From the NCBI GenBank assembly GCA_965205425.1, contig CBDBGZ010000009.1, positions 512,001 to 576,000 on the forward strand: DNA of 64,000 bases, in the 5' to 3' direction. Position numbers and translations under genes: made by a program. The notes beneath the pieces were generated by a model. That model had not been told where the DNA came from. It ran no database searches and saw nothing but the letters and a program-made list of their open reading frames with translations. Source of the DNA: Nitrosopumilus sp. GTDB lineage: Archaea > Thermoproteota > Nitrososphaeria > Nitrososphaerales > Nitrosopumilaceae. Positions 42,046 to 51,371 of this stretch are shown here, piece after piece (position 1 is the first letter of the stretch; every line of letters begins with the position of its first letter).

Positions 42046-43005
42046 TCACCATCCAGCAAGTGATAGAATAGAAATTATTGGAATAGTAACTATTCCAAAG
42101 AAAAGTATCGAAGTAAGTTTCATAATTGAAATTGCAGAAGAAACATGTTCTTTTGTAAGAATAATTTCGCCATCTCCCAGTTTGTAATGATCAATTTTTT
42201 CAAATTTTGTTTCTAAAGCTCCAGCTAAAGCAGCCATTGGATACCCAGCATTAGGACTTTCAGTTTTTTTACCATCTCGGAGCATAATTTTGTATGATTC
42301 TTTCCAATTATTTTGTAAAATAGCAGCTGAAATGATCATGATTAATCCCGTAAGTCTGGATGGGATGTAATTTAAAACACTATCACAGGTTGCTGCAAAC
42401 CAACCAACATTTTTGAAAATATTAGTCTTGTATCCTATCATTGAATCTGCAGTGTTAACTACACGATAAACAAATGCTCCAGGTAATCCAAAAAGAGCAT
42501 AGTAAAACAATGGCCCAGTGATTCCATCAACTGTATTTTCACTGATACTCTCAAGTACGCCTGATAAAATGTGATTTCGGTCTAAATTCTTAGTATTTCT
42601 CTTTACAATCATAGATAGATGGGTTCTGGCCAAATCTAGATTTTCATCTTCAATGGATTTCAATACAGATTTTGCATATTTTTCCATACCATGAATCGCA
42701 ATAGTGGTTTTTAATAATAATCCACCAACAATTACAGAAATAATTAATGAAACATAATCAATAGTTATCAAAGAAATTCCAATGTTCAAAACAAAAAGTA
42801 ACAAAATTACCAAGCCAGAAATAATTACAATAATGCCAATACCACCAAATTTTTCAATTGTTGAATTATCATTTTTTGCAATTGGTGTAAGTGTTGCAAT
42901 CAAAGTTCCAATCCAAGCTGTTGGATGATATTTATTTTTAGGATCTCCAAATTTGAAATCAAGTAAAATTGCAAAACCAACTACAAGTAAAGATTCTACA
43001 ATCAT
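42046..43005 (-). CDS. cbiB: Adenosylcobinamide-phosphate synthase CbiB
   Basis: GDP...HP, ESISENTVDG, YRVVNTADSMIGY, SPNAGYPMAALAGAL motifs. Confidence 0.93.
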   Translation of the reverse strand: MIVESLLVVGFAILLDFKFGDPKNKYHPTAWIGTLIATLTPIAKNDNSTIEKFGGIGIIVIISGLVILLLFVLNIGISLITIDYVSLIISVIVGGLLLKTTIAIHGMEKYAKSVLKSIEDENLDLARTHLSMIVKRNTKNLDRNHILSGVLESISENTVDGITGPLFYYALFGLPGAFVYRVVNTADSMIGYKTNIFKNVGWFAATCDSVLNYIPSRLTGLIMIISAAILQNNWKESYKIMLRDGKKTESPNAGYPMAALAGALETKFEKIDHYKLGDGEIILTKEHVSSAISIMKLTSILFFGIVTIPIISILSLAGW

Positions 43006-43841
43006 TGTAGCATTCTCTCAATAGATTTTATGTCAATGTTAGATTTAACAGTTTTTGACAATTTGTTTAGTTCATTATCAATTTTTGAAAGATTTTTTTT
43101 AGTCCATTGAATTTCTTTTGGCTTTGCATTAAGTGAGTCTTCTTCTGGTAAATCCAATGTCATTAAGGGAATTGTCCCCAATACAGGTATTTTTGTAATA
43201 TTTTTGAGTTTTTGAAATCCAGGTTTTAAAACTTCTAAATCTCCTCTGAATTTGTTAAACACAAAACCTTTTACAAGTTTTTGATATTTTTTTTCAATTA
43301 AAGCCATAGTTCCCACAAGATTGGCAAAAGATCCACCTTTGTCAATGTCTGAAACTAATATTACAGAAGCATTAGCCTTATGAGCAATTTTCATATTTGC
43401 AATATCATATTTTTGTAAATTTATTTCAGCAGGGGAACCAGCACCTTCTAAAATTACTAAATCGTTATTTTTCTGTAATTTTTTTAGAGATTTTGTTGCA
43501 ATTTTGATTCCTTCACGATTTACAAATTTTTCATAGTATTCTTTTGCATGCATTTTCTTGTATCGTTTACCATTAAGATAGACAATACTATTGTAATTAC
43601 CAGTAGGCTTGAGTAAAATTGGATTGAGATCAGGAGTAATTTCACATCTTGAACCCATAGCCTGGATAGCTTGAGCACGAGATATCTCAAATTTGGGCGT
43701 AACATATCCAAAATTGGACATGTTTTGAGATTTGAAAGGTGCTACACGATAACCTTTGTCAGAAAAAATTCTACATAGTGCAGCTACCAATGTTGTTTTA
43801 CCTGCTCCAGATGAGGTACCCTGAATCATTAATGATTTCAT
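43002..43841 (-). CDS. cbiP: Cobyric acid synthase, synthetase domain only (279 aa)
   Basis: QGTSSGAGKT, APFKSQNMS, NPILLKP, EGAGSPAEINL, NKFRGD, LPEEDS. No C-terminal glutaminase domain. Confidence 0.88.
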   Translation of the reverse strand: MKSLMIQGTSSGAGKTTLVAALCRIFSDKGYRVAPFKSQNMSNFGYVTPKFEISRAQAIQAMGSRCEITPDLNPILLKPTGNYNSIVYLNGKRYKKMHAKEYYEKFVNREGIKIATKSLKKLQKNNDLVILEGAGSPAEINLQKYDIANMKIAHKANASVILVSDIDKGGSFANLVGTMALIEKKYQKLVKGFVFNKFRGDLEVLKPGFQKLKNITKIPVLGTIPLMTLDLPEEDSLNAKPKEIQWTKKNLSKIDNELNKLSKTVKSNIDIKSIERMLQ

Positions 43842-44920
43842 TTAATATTCTCCAATGCTTTTACTAGTTTTAGATTATCCTTATGAGATTTAACAGCAAT
43901 ACGAATATGATGGTTGTTTAAACCTCTAAAATTTTTACAATCACGAATTAAAATTTTTTTTCCAAGTAATTTTTTTTGTAAATTTGTTGAATTTTTTTTT
44001 GTTTTAATTAGAATAAAATTTGTAGATGATTTATTGCAATCAAAACCATTTAATTTGCTAATTTTATTTGTTAAATAATTTAATTCTTTTTTGATTACTA
44101 AATTAGATTTTATAAGATGTGATTTATTATTAAGAGCAATGTTAGCTGCATCTTGAGCTAAGGAATTTACACTCCAGGGGATTTTAATTTTTTGTAATAT
44201 TGATATCATATGTTTTGATGATGCTGCATATCCAATACGTATTCCTGGTAATGCAAAAGATTTAGTTAATGAGCGTAAAACAAAAAGATTATCATATTTT
44301 TTAATATATGAAATTACAGATTCATTTGATTCTGGAACCATTTCAATAAAACATTCATCAACAAATACAATTGTAGAAAGTTTTTTTGCTTTTTTAATAA
44401 TTTGAAGTAATTGATTTTTTTCTAAAAGTTTTCCTGTGGGATTATTAGGATTGCAAATGAAAATACATCCATTTTTTGGAATCTTTGAAATAAATTGATC
44501 AAGATTTTCTGATAGATTCATTGTTTTAAAATATGAAATTTGGCAATTGTTTAGTTTAGCTGCTGTTTCATATTCTTGGAAGGTCGGAATTGGAATCAAA
44601 ATCTTAGTTTTTTTAGATAAAAATGCATAGCAGAAATTATAGATTATTTCAATTGCACCATTTCCAACCAAAAGATTTGATTTTTCTAAATGAGTGTATT
44701 TTTTTAGGCTCGAAATAACTGATGATGAACTATAATCAGGATAATTTTTGATATTATCAATATTTTTTGTAAGAATTTTTTTTACTGATGCTGGCGTTCC
44801 AATAGGGGAAATATTTGAGCTAAAATCAATAATGGTAGAATCAGTGCTTTGATCGAGATTTTTTCCACCATGAATTACAGGAATATGTCTAGTGATAGAG
44901 GATTTTGTTCGTATTTTCAC
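43838..44920 (-). CDS. cobD: L-threonine-O-3-phosphate decarboxylase
   Basis: HGG, DFSSNISP, GNGA, CNPNNPTG, VDECF, RSLTKSFALPGIRIGY; first gene of the cob cluster. Confidence 0.88.
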   Translation of the reverse strand: MKIRTKSSITRHIPVIHGGKNLDQSTDSTIIDFSSNISPIGTPASVKKILTKNIDNIKNYPDYSSSSVISSLKKYTHLEKSNLLVGNGAIEIIYNFCYAFLSKKTKILIPIPTFQEYETAAKLNNCQISYFKTMNLSENLDQFISKIPKNGCIFICNPNNPTGKLLEKNQLLQIIKKAKKLSTIVFVDECFIEMVPESNESVISYIKKYDNLFVLRSLTKSFALPGIRIGYAASSKHMISILQKIKIPWSVNSLAQDAANIALNNKSHLIKSNLVIKKELNYLTNKISKLNGFDCNKSSTNFILIKTKKNSTNLQKKLLGKKILIRDCKNFRGLNNHHIRIAVKSHKDNLKLVKALENIK

Positions 44921-45002
44921 AGTTCCAAATAGAATTCGCCGATTTAGTATGTTGTGGTAATTCAGAAAACGATTATTAATTGAAGGCGATCATAATTGAA
45001 TT

Positions 45003-46079
45003 ATGGATAAAAAAAGAGTAGCAATAATCGGGGTTACAGGTTCTGTAGGCCAGGAATTTGTACAGTCATTAAATAACCATCCATGGTTTGAAGTGACCCA
45101 AATTGCTGCATCTGAACGTTCAGCAGGGAAAAATTATCTTGATGCAATAAAGGATGCAAGTGGAATAGTAGCATGGGATGTAGGTGGTGAAATTCCAGAA
45201 TATATTAAAAAAATGACAGTAAAAAAAATTGATGAATTAGATGTTTCTCAATTAGATTTGGTATTTTCAGCAGTTGAATCAGTAGCTGCTAGAGACATCG
45301 AAACCAAAATGGCAGCAGATTTACCAGTAGTTTCAACTAGTTCAGCTTATAGATATGAAGATGATGTACCAATTCTAATTCCAGGTATCAATGATGAACA
45401 AACAGCATTACTTGAAACTCAAAAGAAGAATAGGAATTGGAAAGGTTTTGTAGCCCCATTACCAAATTGTACTACAACAGGTTTAGCAATTACACTAAAA
45501 CCATTACTTGAAAAATATGGGGCAAAAAAAGTTATGATGACTTCCATGCAAGCAATCTCCGGAGGCGGTAAATCAGGAGTTTCAGCAATGGGAATTACGG
45601 ATAACATAATTCCATACATTCCAAAAGAAGAAGGAAAAGTAAGATTAGAAACAAGAAAAATTCTAGGTAAACTAGTAGATGGTAAAATTGAAGATGCAGA
45701 TATTAGAATCAGTTGTACTTGTACCAGAGTTCCAGTAATTGATGGACATACAGAATCAGTCTTTGTTGAAACTAGTAAAGAAATTAGTCCCGAAACAGCA
45801 AAAGAAACCTACGATGAATGTAACAAGAATATTTCAGTTGCAGGTTTACCATCAGCTCCAGAAAAATATTATGCATTTCATGAAGATCCTACTAGACCTC
45901 AACCAAGAATGGAAAGAACAGTTGGTGATGGAATGACTACAACAATTGGAAGAGTAGAGAAAGAAGAATTATTTGATAATGGTTTAAAATACATGCTGTT
46001 CTCACATAATAAAAAAATGGGTTCAGCTAAAGGTGCAGTATTGTTAGCAGAGATGCTATACAAAAAAGGCAAGATTTAG
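45003..46079 (+). CDS. asd: Aspartate-semialdehyde dehydrogenase (archaeal type)
   Basis: GVTGSVGQ, ASERSAGK, PNCTT, QAISGGG, RVPVIDGH, HNKKMGSA motifs. Confidence 0.93.
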   Translation: MDKKRVAIIGVTGSVGQEFVQSLNNHPWFEVTQIAASERSAGKNYLDAIKDASGIVAWDVGGEIPEYIKKMTVKKIDELDVSQLDLVFSAVESVAARDIETKMAADLPVVSTSSAYRYEDDVPILIPGINDEQTALLETQKKNRNWKGFVAPLPNCTTTGLAITLKPLLEKYGAKKVMMTSMQAISGGGKSGVSAMGITDNIIPYIPKEEGKVRLETRKILGKLVDGKIEDADIRISCTCTRVPVIDGHTESVFVETSKEISPETAKETYDECNKNISVAGLPSAPEKYYAFHEDPTRPQPRMERTVGDGMTTTIGRVEKEELFDNGLKYMLFSHNKKMGSAKGAVLLAEMLYKKGKI

Positions 46080-46150
46080 ATAATTTTTTGCAATTTTTAC
46101 AATAATAACTTTATAAGATCCAGAAATCTAGATCGTCTCAGGTGTTTTAG

Positions 46151-46618
46151 ACGGCTAAAGTAGACGACTTAGATTTACAAATTTTATCAGAATTATCCAA
46201 TGATGCTTCAATTTCAGTTCCTCGTTTATCAAAAAAAATCAATGTTAACTCCTCGGTAGTATATTCAAGAATCAAAAGATTAGTAAAAAGGAAATTGATT
46301 GAACGATTTACAATCGATGTTAATGATGTAGAACTTGGCTATAATGTTAAAGCATTAACTGGAATTAACATGGATACAAAAAAACGAGATCATATCATTG
46401 AGGAATTATTCAAAATTGATGGAGTAAGAGAAGTTGCCGAAGTTACAGGTAGGTTTGACATTCTAGTAACAATGTATTCAAAATCATTGGATCAAATGCA
46501 TAAAATGGTCTCTGAACGAATTGGTAGAATTGAAGGAATACAGTCTTCAGAGTCATTCATTGAAATGAAATCACGAATGAAAGCAATGCCATATATGCCA
46601 TCAAAGGATAGTGACTGA
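46151..46618 (+). CDS. Lrp/AsnC family transcriptional regulator (apparent ACG start)
   Basis: The frame is open from 46151 and gives the HTH (AKVDDLDLQILSEL...VYSRIKRL) that is missing from the track ORF at 46295. RAM domain EVTGRFDI. Confidence 0.85.
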   Translation, partial: TAKVDDLDLQILSELSNDASISVPRLSKKINVNSSVVYSRIKRLVKRKLIERFTIDVNDVELGYNVKALTGINMDTKKRDHIIEELFKIDGVREVAEVTGRFDILVTMYSKSLDQMHKMVSERIGRIEGIQSSESFIEMKSRMKAMPYMPSKDSD

Positions 46619-46620
46619 TA

Positions 46621-47550
46621 TTGCAAAAGCAAAAGTCAGAATCAAGAATAGCAGTATATTATGAATTAACAAAGCCAAAAATTTGGTATTTACTAGTTTT
46701 TACTGCATTTGGCGCTGCATTAACTGCATCCAATATTTACGACATTGAAATTTCTCCAGCAACATGGCTTCTAATGTTATTTTCAGTTGCAGCTGGATCT
46801 GCTGCTGCAAATACTTTGACAAATTATCACGATAGGGATATTGACGCAATAATGGAGCGAACAAAAGATAGACCTTTACCATCAAAACGAATCTATCCTG
46901 CGGTAAAAGCAAGGAATTTTGGATTAGCATTAGCAGGCATATCATTAGTTTTAGCATTTGGAATTTCATTTACTACTACATTAGAACAAGGTGCATGGGC
47001 AACTGCATTCATTGCATTTGGATTAGTTAACAATATTCTAATTTACTCATATGTGTTAAAACGAAATTCACGAACAAACATAATTTTAGGCGGATTATGT
47101 GGTGGTTCACCACCAATGATTGGATGGGTAGCTGTAAGTATGTCAGATTTATGGACTATGGGTTTAGCAATGGCAGGCCTTGTATTCATTTGGATTCCAA
47201 TGCATATTTGGGCATTAACATTACATTTCAAAGAAGATTATAACAAAGTAAATGTCCCAATGTTAACTGCAGTTCAGTCAGAAAAAACTTCTGCTAGAGC
47301 CATTGCATTATCAACAGTTGTAATGGTAGTATTTTCTCTAGCTCCATTCTTTATCACAACACAAGATGGTGAAGAAATGGTTGGTGCAGTATATCTTTGG
47401 ACAGCAATTGCATCAGGCGCATTAATGCTGGGATTATCTGTATGGGTAATGATTAAACCTATGGAAAAAGCTGCATGGACATTGTTTAAATTTTCTAGTC
47501 CATATTTGGCAGTGTTGTTTATTGCACTAATGGTTGATTCTGCATTATAA
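46621..47550 (+). CDS. ctaB: Protoheme IX farnesyltransferase (heme O synthase)
   Basis: ELTKP, DRDIDAIMERTKDRPLPS, LKR, W..MH.WAL, EDY..VNVPML motifs. Confidence 0.94.
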   Translation: MQKQKSESRIAVYYELTKPKIWYLLVFTAFGAALTASNIYDIEISPATWLLMLFSVAAGSAAANTLTNYHDRDIDAIMERTKDRPLPSKRIYPAVKARNFGLALAGISLVLAFGISFTTTLEQGAWATAFIAFGLVNNILIYSYVLKRNSRTNIILGGLCGGSPPMIGWVAVSMSDLWTMGLAMAGLVFIWIPMHIWALTLHFKEDYNKVNVPMLTAVQSEKTSARAIALSTVVMVVFSLAPFFITTQDGEEMVGAVYLWTAIASGALMLGLSVWVMIKPMEKAAWTLFKFSSPYLAVLFIALMVDSAL

Positions 47551-47754
47551 CAAACTACCTTTATCATCTAAACTGTTAAGTTCTTTTGTAATTTCAGAAT
47601 GATTCTCTACTAAAGTTTTAAGTTGATTTTTTATTTCTTCAGAGTTCCAATCAGAAGAAATGAGAGCGGTTAATTTTGCCACAATTTCCCATTGGAAATT
47701 ATTTTGATCATCAATTAATTTTAAAAATCGCTTTCCTTTTTCATCATCATTCAT
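47545..47754 (-). CDS. Small helical hypothetical protein
   Basis: MNDDEKGKRFLKLIDDQNNFQWEIV..., coiled-coil-like. ATG at 47754 preferred. Confidence 0.65.
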   Translation of the reverse strand: MNDDEKGKRFLKLIDDQNNFQWEIVAKLTALISSDWNSEEIKNQLKTLVENHSEITKELNSLDDKGSLL

Positions 47755-47796
47755 AATTTTTTGACATAAAACAATCATAAAAAGTTAGCATTGGTA

Positions 47797-48942
47797 TAGT
47801 TTAGGCATATAAATTTTGAATAAACTGTCAAGTATTTTAACTCAAAAGATCTAGATCGTAGAATCAATTCATGAAACCATGTCAAAGAGTACAAGACAAT
47901 CCAAGGTTTCCTCTGGAAATCAATTCATGAAAGGTACAAGCATTAATTTTTTAAGAAAAGTATGCAAGAATGAAAAAAATGCAAAAGCAAAGATAAGATT
48001 AAAGGCTGCAATACTAAGAAAACAAAATATTCCGTATTCTGTGATATGTGCAAGTCTGGATGTCATACCATCAACTCTGTCCTACTGGCTAAATCGAATG
48101 GATGAAGAGGGAATATCTGCATCACACCGCAAGAAATATTCTGGTTCTAGATGTTTTCTAAATGAAAAACAGCTAGTATCATTAAGAAATGATCTGATTT
48201 CAGGTCCAGAAAAGTTTGGATTTAACCAATTCATGTGGAGTATAAGAATGGTAATTACACATGTGAATAAAAAATACAACACCCTATACTCTGCAAGAGG
48301 AATGCGTGAATTGCTGCACAGAATTGGATTCTCATCAAAAAAACCACGTCCCACACATCACAAATCAGCCTCAAAAGAGGAACAAACCCGTTTTAAAAAA
48401 ACGCAAAAAGGAGTATCAAAAAATATTCCAAATTGGGATACACCACACTATGTCTGGATGAGTCAACAAACAAGATAGCACCTAACATAAAGCGCGGATG
48501 GTATCTTGCAGGCAATAACATTACCACACCAATTAATTACACTCGAGAAAAATTTCAATCATTTGGTGCATTGGGGGATGACGGCGTATTTTTTTGTAGG
48601 TTCTATGATAAATCAAACACAGACTCATTTCTTGATTTCTTAAAATCCTTGCAGAAACAATTTGGTAAGAAACTGTTATTATTTGCAGACAATGCATCAT
48701 ACCACAAAAGTGTCAGAGTAAAAGAATTTCTCAAGGTATCAAAAAGAAATGTAATCATAAGATATTTTCCTGCATACACCCCAGAACTCAATCCAATTGA
48801 GGTACAGTGGAGAGAAGAGAAAAATGGTAATGCCAATACATTCTTTGCAAATGGAACTGAGATGAGAAAACACATGCAGAAGAGATTAGATAATGGAGAC
48901 GTTCGAGTTGTGAAATTATTCAAATATTTAATGCCTTAACTA
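47797..48942 (+). mobile_element. IS630-family insertion sequence, copy 2 (1146 bp)
   Basis: Same IRs and length as copy 1. TA duplication at 47795-47796 and 48943-48944. Confidence 0.93.
47879..48939 (+). CDS. IS630 transposase, two ORFs joined by a -1 frameshift
   Basis: ORF A 47879-48478, ORF B DDE domain to 48939; A7 run at 48395-48401. Confidence 0.9.
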
Positions 48943-48992
48943 TAATTACATTATTTCAAAGTTTTATTAACAAATAATAGGAATTTTTCATA

Positions 48993-49148
48993 TTGCAGTG
49001 TAGTATTTCAGAATGTAAACAAAAAGCAATAGAGACAGTACAAATTAGTTTTAGAGAAACAAGAAATCTGTGTAAGGAACATTACAAACTATTTCGAAAT
49101 AAGGATAAGAAACACATCCCAAAATTCTCTAAAGCATCAAAATCTTAG
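48993..49148 (+). CDS. 51-aa zinc-finger micro-protein
   Basis: Below the ORF-track cutoff; read manually from TTG: MQCSISECKQKA...NLCKEHYKLF...SKS* (C-x4-C...C-x2-H). Confidence 0.6.
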   Translation: MQCSISECKQKAIETVQISFRETRNLCKEHYKLFRNKDKKHIPKFSKASKS

Positions 49149-49219
49149 AAAAAATTAAAATGTTATTCAAATTATGAAATAATTGAAAGATTTAACATCT
49201 ACTATTTTCAAATAAAATT

Positions 49220-49711
49220 ATGGCAGCCAAGGAAAAAAATGCTTTAAAAAAAACAGTAAAGAAAACAACTTCTAAACCAAAAAAACAGGTTAAAGCTATA
49301 AAAAAACAAGGTAAAACTACATCAAAAAAACCAGAATTTGAAAAAGCTTGGAAAGATTACAATTCTGCTTTGAATGGCTGGAAAGAATCTCTTGCACAAT
49401 GGCAAAAAGCTACAAATGAAACTTTGATGACATATCACGATGCTTGTCAAAAAGCATTAGAATCTGATGCTGAACTATTAAAAAAAGTTAGTTCAAGTTG
49501 GGAAAATACATGGGAAGAGATTGGTCCCGAATATATCAAACAACAAACAAAGATGATGGAAAATATCTTTAAAGAAACAAACATTGAATCAATAAAAAAA
49601 TTCAATGGCCAATGGGAAAAATTTCTCAAAACCTCTGGTGATGATTCTATAGTAGCATATCAAGAAGCCATCAAAAAATTCAATCAGGCATGGCAATCAG
49701 GACAAATGTGA
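49220..49711 (+). CDS. Hypothetical protein: Lys-rich N-terminal tail plus Trp-periodic amphipathic helices
   Basis: 163-aa ORF; KKTVKKTTSKPKK tail followed by repeated W..Y/W..A helices. Confidence 0.7.
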   Translation: MAAKEKNALKKTVKKTTSKPKKQVKAIKKQGKTTSKKPEFEKAWKDYNSALNGWKESLAQWQKATNETLMTYHDACQKALESDAELLKKVSSSWENTWEEIGPEYIKQQTKMMENIFKETNIESIKKFNGQWEKFLKTSGDDSIVAYQEAIKKFNQAWQSGQM

Positions 49712-49733
49712 TTTATTCACAAAGATAAATTTT

Positions 49734-50834
49734 TTATTTTTTCATTTTTCCTATTCGAAAAACTTTATAGTTACACACAGAACAAAAACCCTTAATCGCA
49801 GATCTACCATTTTTCATAATAGTTTCTTTAGGATTTTTTATAATTCTTTTAGTTTTACATTTAACACAGTATGCTTCTTGTGAAACTGAATTATGAATTT
49901 TATTTTCAACCACATCTGAAGTACGAAGTTTATTTTCAATATTATCAAGTTTTTTATTTTGTTTTCGTAAAGTTTGAATTATTTCAACATCAACAGCCTC
50001 AAGTTTTTCAATTTCTTTTTCTAATTCTTTAACTTTAGAAAATTGTTCAGGAGTAGCTTCTTCTTCCTCGGATTCTGTAACTGGTTCAGGGAATTTTTGT
50101 TTTGATAGAACATTTTCTAAATCATCAATTTGTTGTTGTAATTCATTAAGTTGAGATAATTGTTCAGGAGTAGCTTCTTCTTCCTCGGATTCTGTAACTG
50201 GTTCAGGTGCAAGATCTAACTCTTGAGGTAGTTCTTCTGCAGATTCTTTTGGTAATGAACCTCTAGGACTAGAAGGTGGTTCTGATTCTGTAACTGGTTC
50301 AGGTGCAAGATCTAACTCTTGAGGTAGTTCTTCTGCAGATTCTTTTGGTAATGAACCTCTAGGACTAGAAGGTGGTTCTGATTCTGTAACTGGTTCAGGT
50401 GCAAGATCTAACTCTTGAGGTAGTTCTTCTGCAGATTCTTTTGGTAATGAACCTCTAGGACTAGAAGGTGGTTCTGATTCTGTAACTGGTTCAGGTTGTG
50501 ATTCTAATTTTTTAATTGAAACAGATTCTTCAAATTTAGACTCAGGCAAGTCTCCCAAATAATCTAATTTTACTTTGTTACCATCTATACGAAGATATGG
50601 ACTTCCTCCAATTGAGAAAGTTTCAAGTTTGTGTCCTTTTCTCCAGGAATTATTTCCACTATAGATTGTAATGTAAAATATTCCATTCTTAATATCGGAT
50701 GCAATTGTTAAACGATCAACTGGTTTGCCTGGAGTAATCCCTTTATCAGTATCTTGATGTCTTGTAGCTACTAAGATCAAATGTTCAGAATCATAGCTAA
50801 CTTCAGAAATTAAGTAGTCAGCCCATTTCTTCAT
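49734..50834 (-). CDS. Multidomain hypothetical protein: DUF3892-like N-terminus, acidic Pro-rich repeats, coiled coil, DUF5679-like Zn ribbon
   Basis: N-terminal WADYLIS.V.Y...YLRIDGN...DYLGDLP; C-terminal AYCVKCK...MKNGR.AIKG.CSVC..KVFRIG. Confidence 0.7.
   Translation of the reverse strand: MKKWADYLISEVSYDSEHLILVATRHQDTDKGITPGKPVDRLTIASDIKNGIFYITIYSGNNSWRKGHKLETFSIGGSPYLRIDGNKVKLDYLGDLPESKFEESVSIKKLESQPEPVTESEPPSSPRGSLPKESAEELPQELDLAPEPVTESEPPSSPRGSLPKESAEELPQELDLAPEPVTESEPPSSPRGSLPKESAEELPQELDLAPEPVTESEEEEATPEQLSQLNELQQQIDDLENVLSKQKFPEPVTESEEEEATPEQFSKVKELEKEIEKLEAVDVEIIQTLRKQNKKLDNIENKLRTSDVVENKIHNSVSQEAYCVKCKTKRIIKNPKETIMKNGRSAIKGFCSVCNYKVFRIGKMKK
50188..50496. repeat. Perfect 96-bp coding tandem repeat (about 3.2 copies; 32 aa)
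   Basis: Units start at 50188, 50284, 50380 and 50476 and encode EPVTESEPPSSPRGSLPKESAEELPQELDLAP. A second repeat of about 50 bp (PEPVTESEEEEATPEQ) lies at 50041 and 50158. Confidence 0.95.
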
Positions 50835-50987
50835 TATAAAAAATAATAATTTACTTCTACTAATTAAGCGATGATTTTAACAAAACAAGATTATTAAAAA
50901 TTGGAATTTCAAGGATCAAATTGAGTAAAAACTTCTCAAAATAGGCACAAATAGGATTATAATTGGTGCAATTCCTTGAATAGTTGA

Positions 50988-51371
50988 ATGGAAATTTCTA
51001 TTGAACCATGGAAAAAATTGATTATTCATGAAGTTATTGAATATAAATTTGAAGATTGGGTAAAACAAATTGCATTTAGTACACGTTCTTCAGGTGGAGG
51101 AATCCCTACTATGCAGTGGACAAACGGTATCGTATTCTCTCCAGCAAATTTTCCAACAACTAATTCTACAGTAGACGAACAGTTGAAAGGAACATTACAT
51201 TGGTCTTCAGTATCATTTGCAATTAAAGATAAATTTGAAAAACAAATTGTTAAAGAAAATGCAACAATAAATTTAGTTGATGTAAGCGTAAATGAGATTT
51301 TTAAGGAATTAGCTACCAGTTTAAAAGCACAATCAAAATATGCATTTTCAGAATTTGAAAAATACCAATGA
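50988..51371 (+). CDS. Hypothetical archaeal protein
   Basis: 127-aa ORF (MEISIEPWKKLIIHEVIEY...WTNGIVF); overlaps the next ORF by 4 nt (ATGA). Confidence 0.75.
   Translation: MEISIEPWKKLIIHEVIEYKFEDWVKQIAFSTRSSGGGIPTMQWTNGIVFSPANFPTTNSTVDEQLKGTLHWSSVSFAIKDKFEKQIVKENATINLVDVSVNEIFKELATSLKAQSKYAFSEFEKYQ

Noticed and set aside
43838..44920. Second hisC copy
   Set aside because: HGG/DFSSN N-terminus and position in the cob operon indicate CobD.
50041..50496. Tandem repeats as a possible CRISPR array
   Set aside because: Contiguous in-frame coding repeats with no unique spacers and no cas genes.
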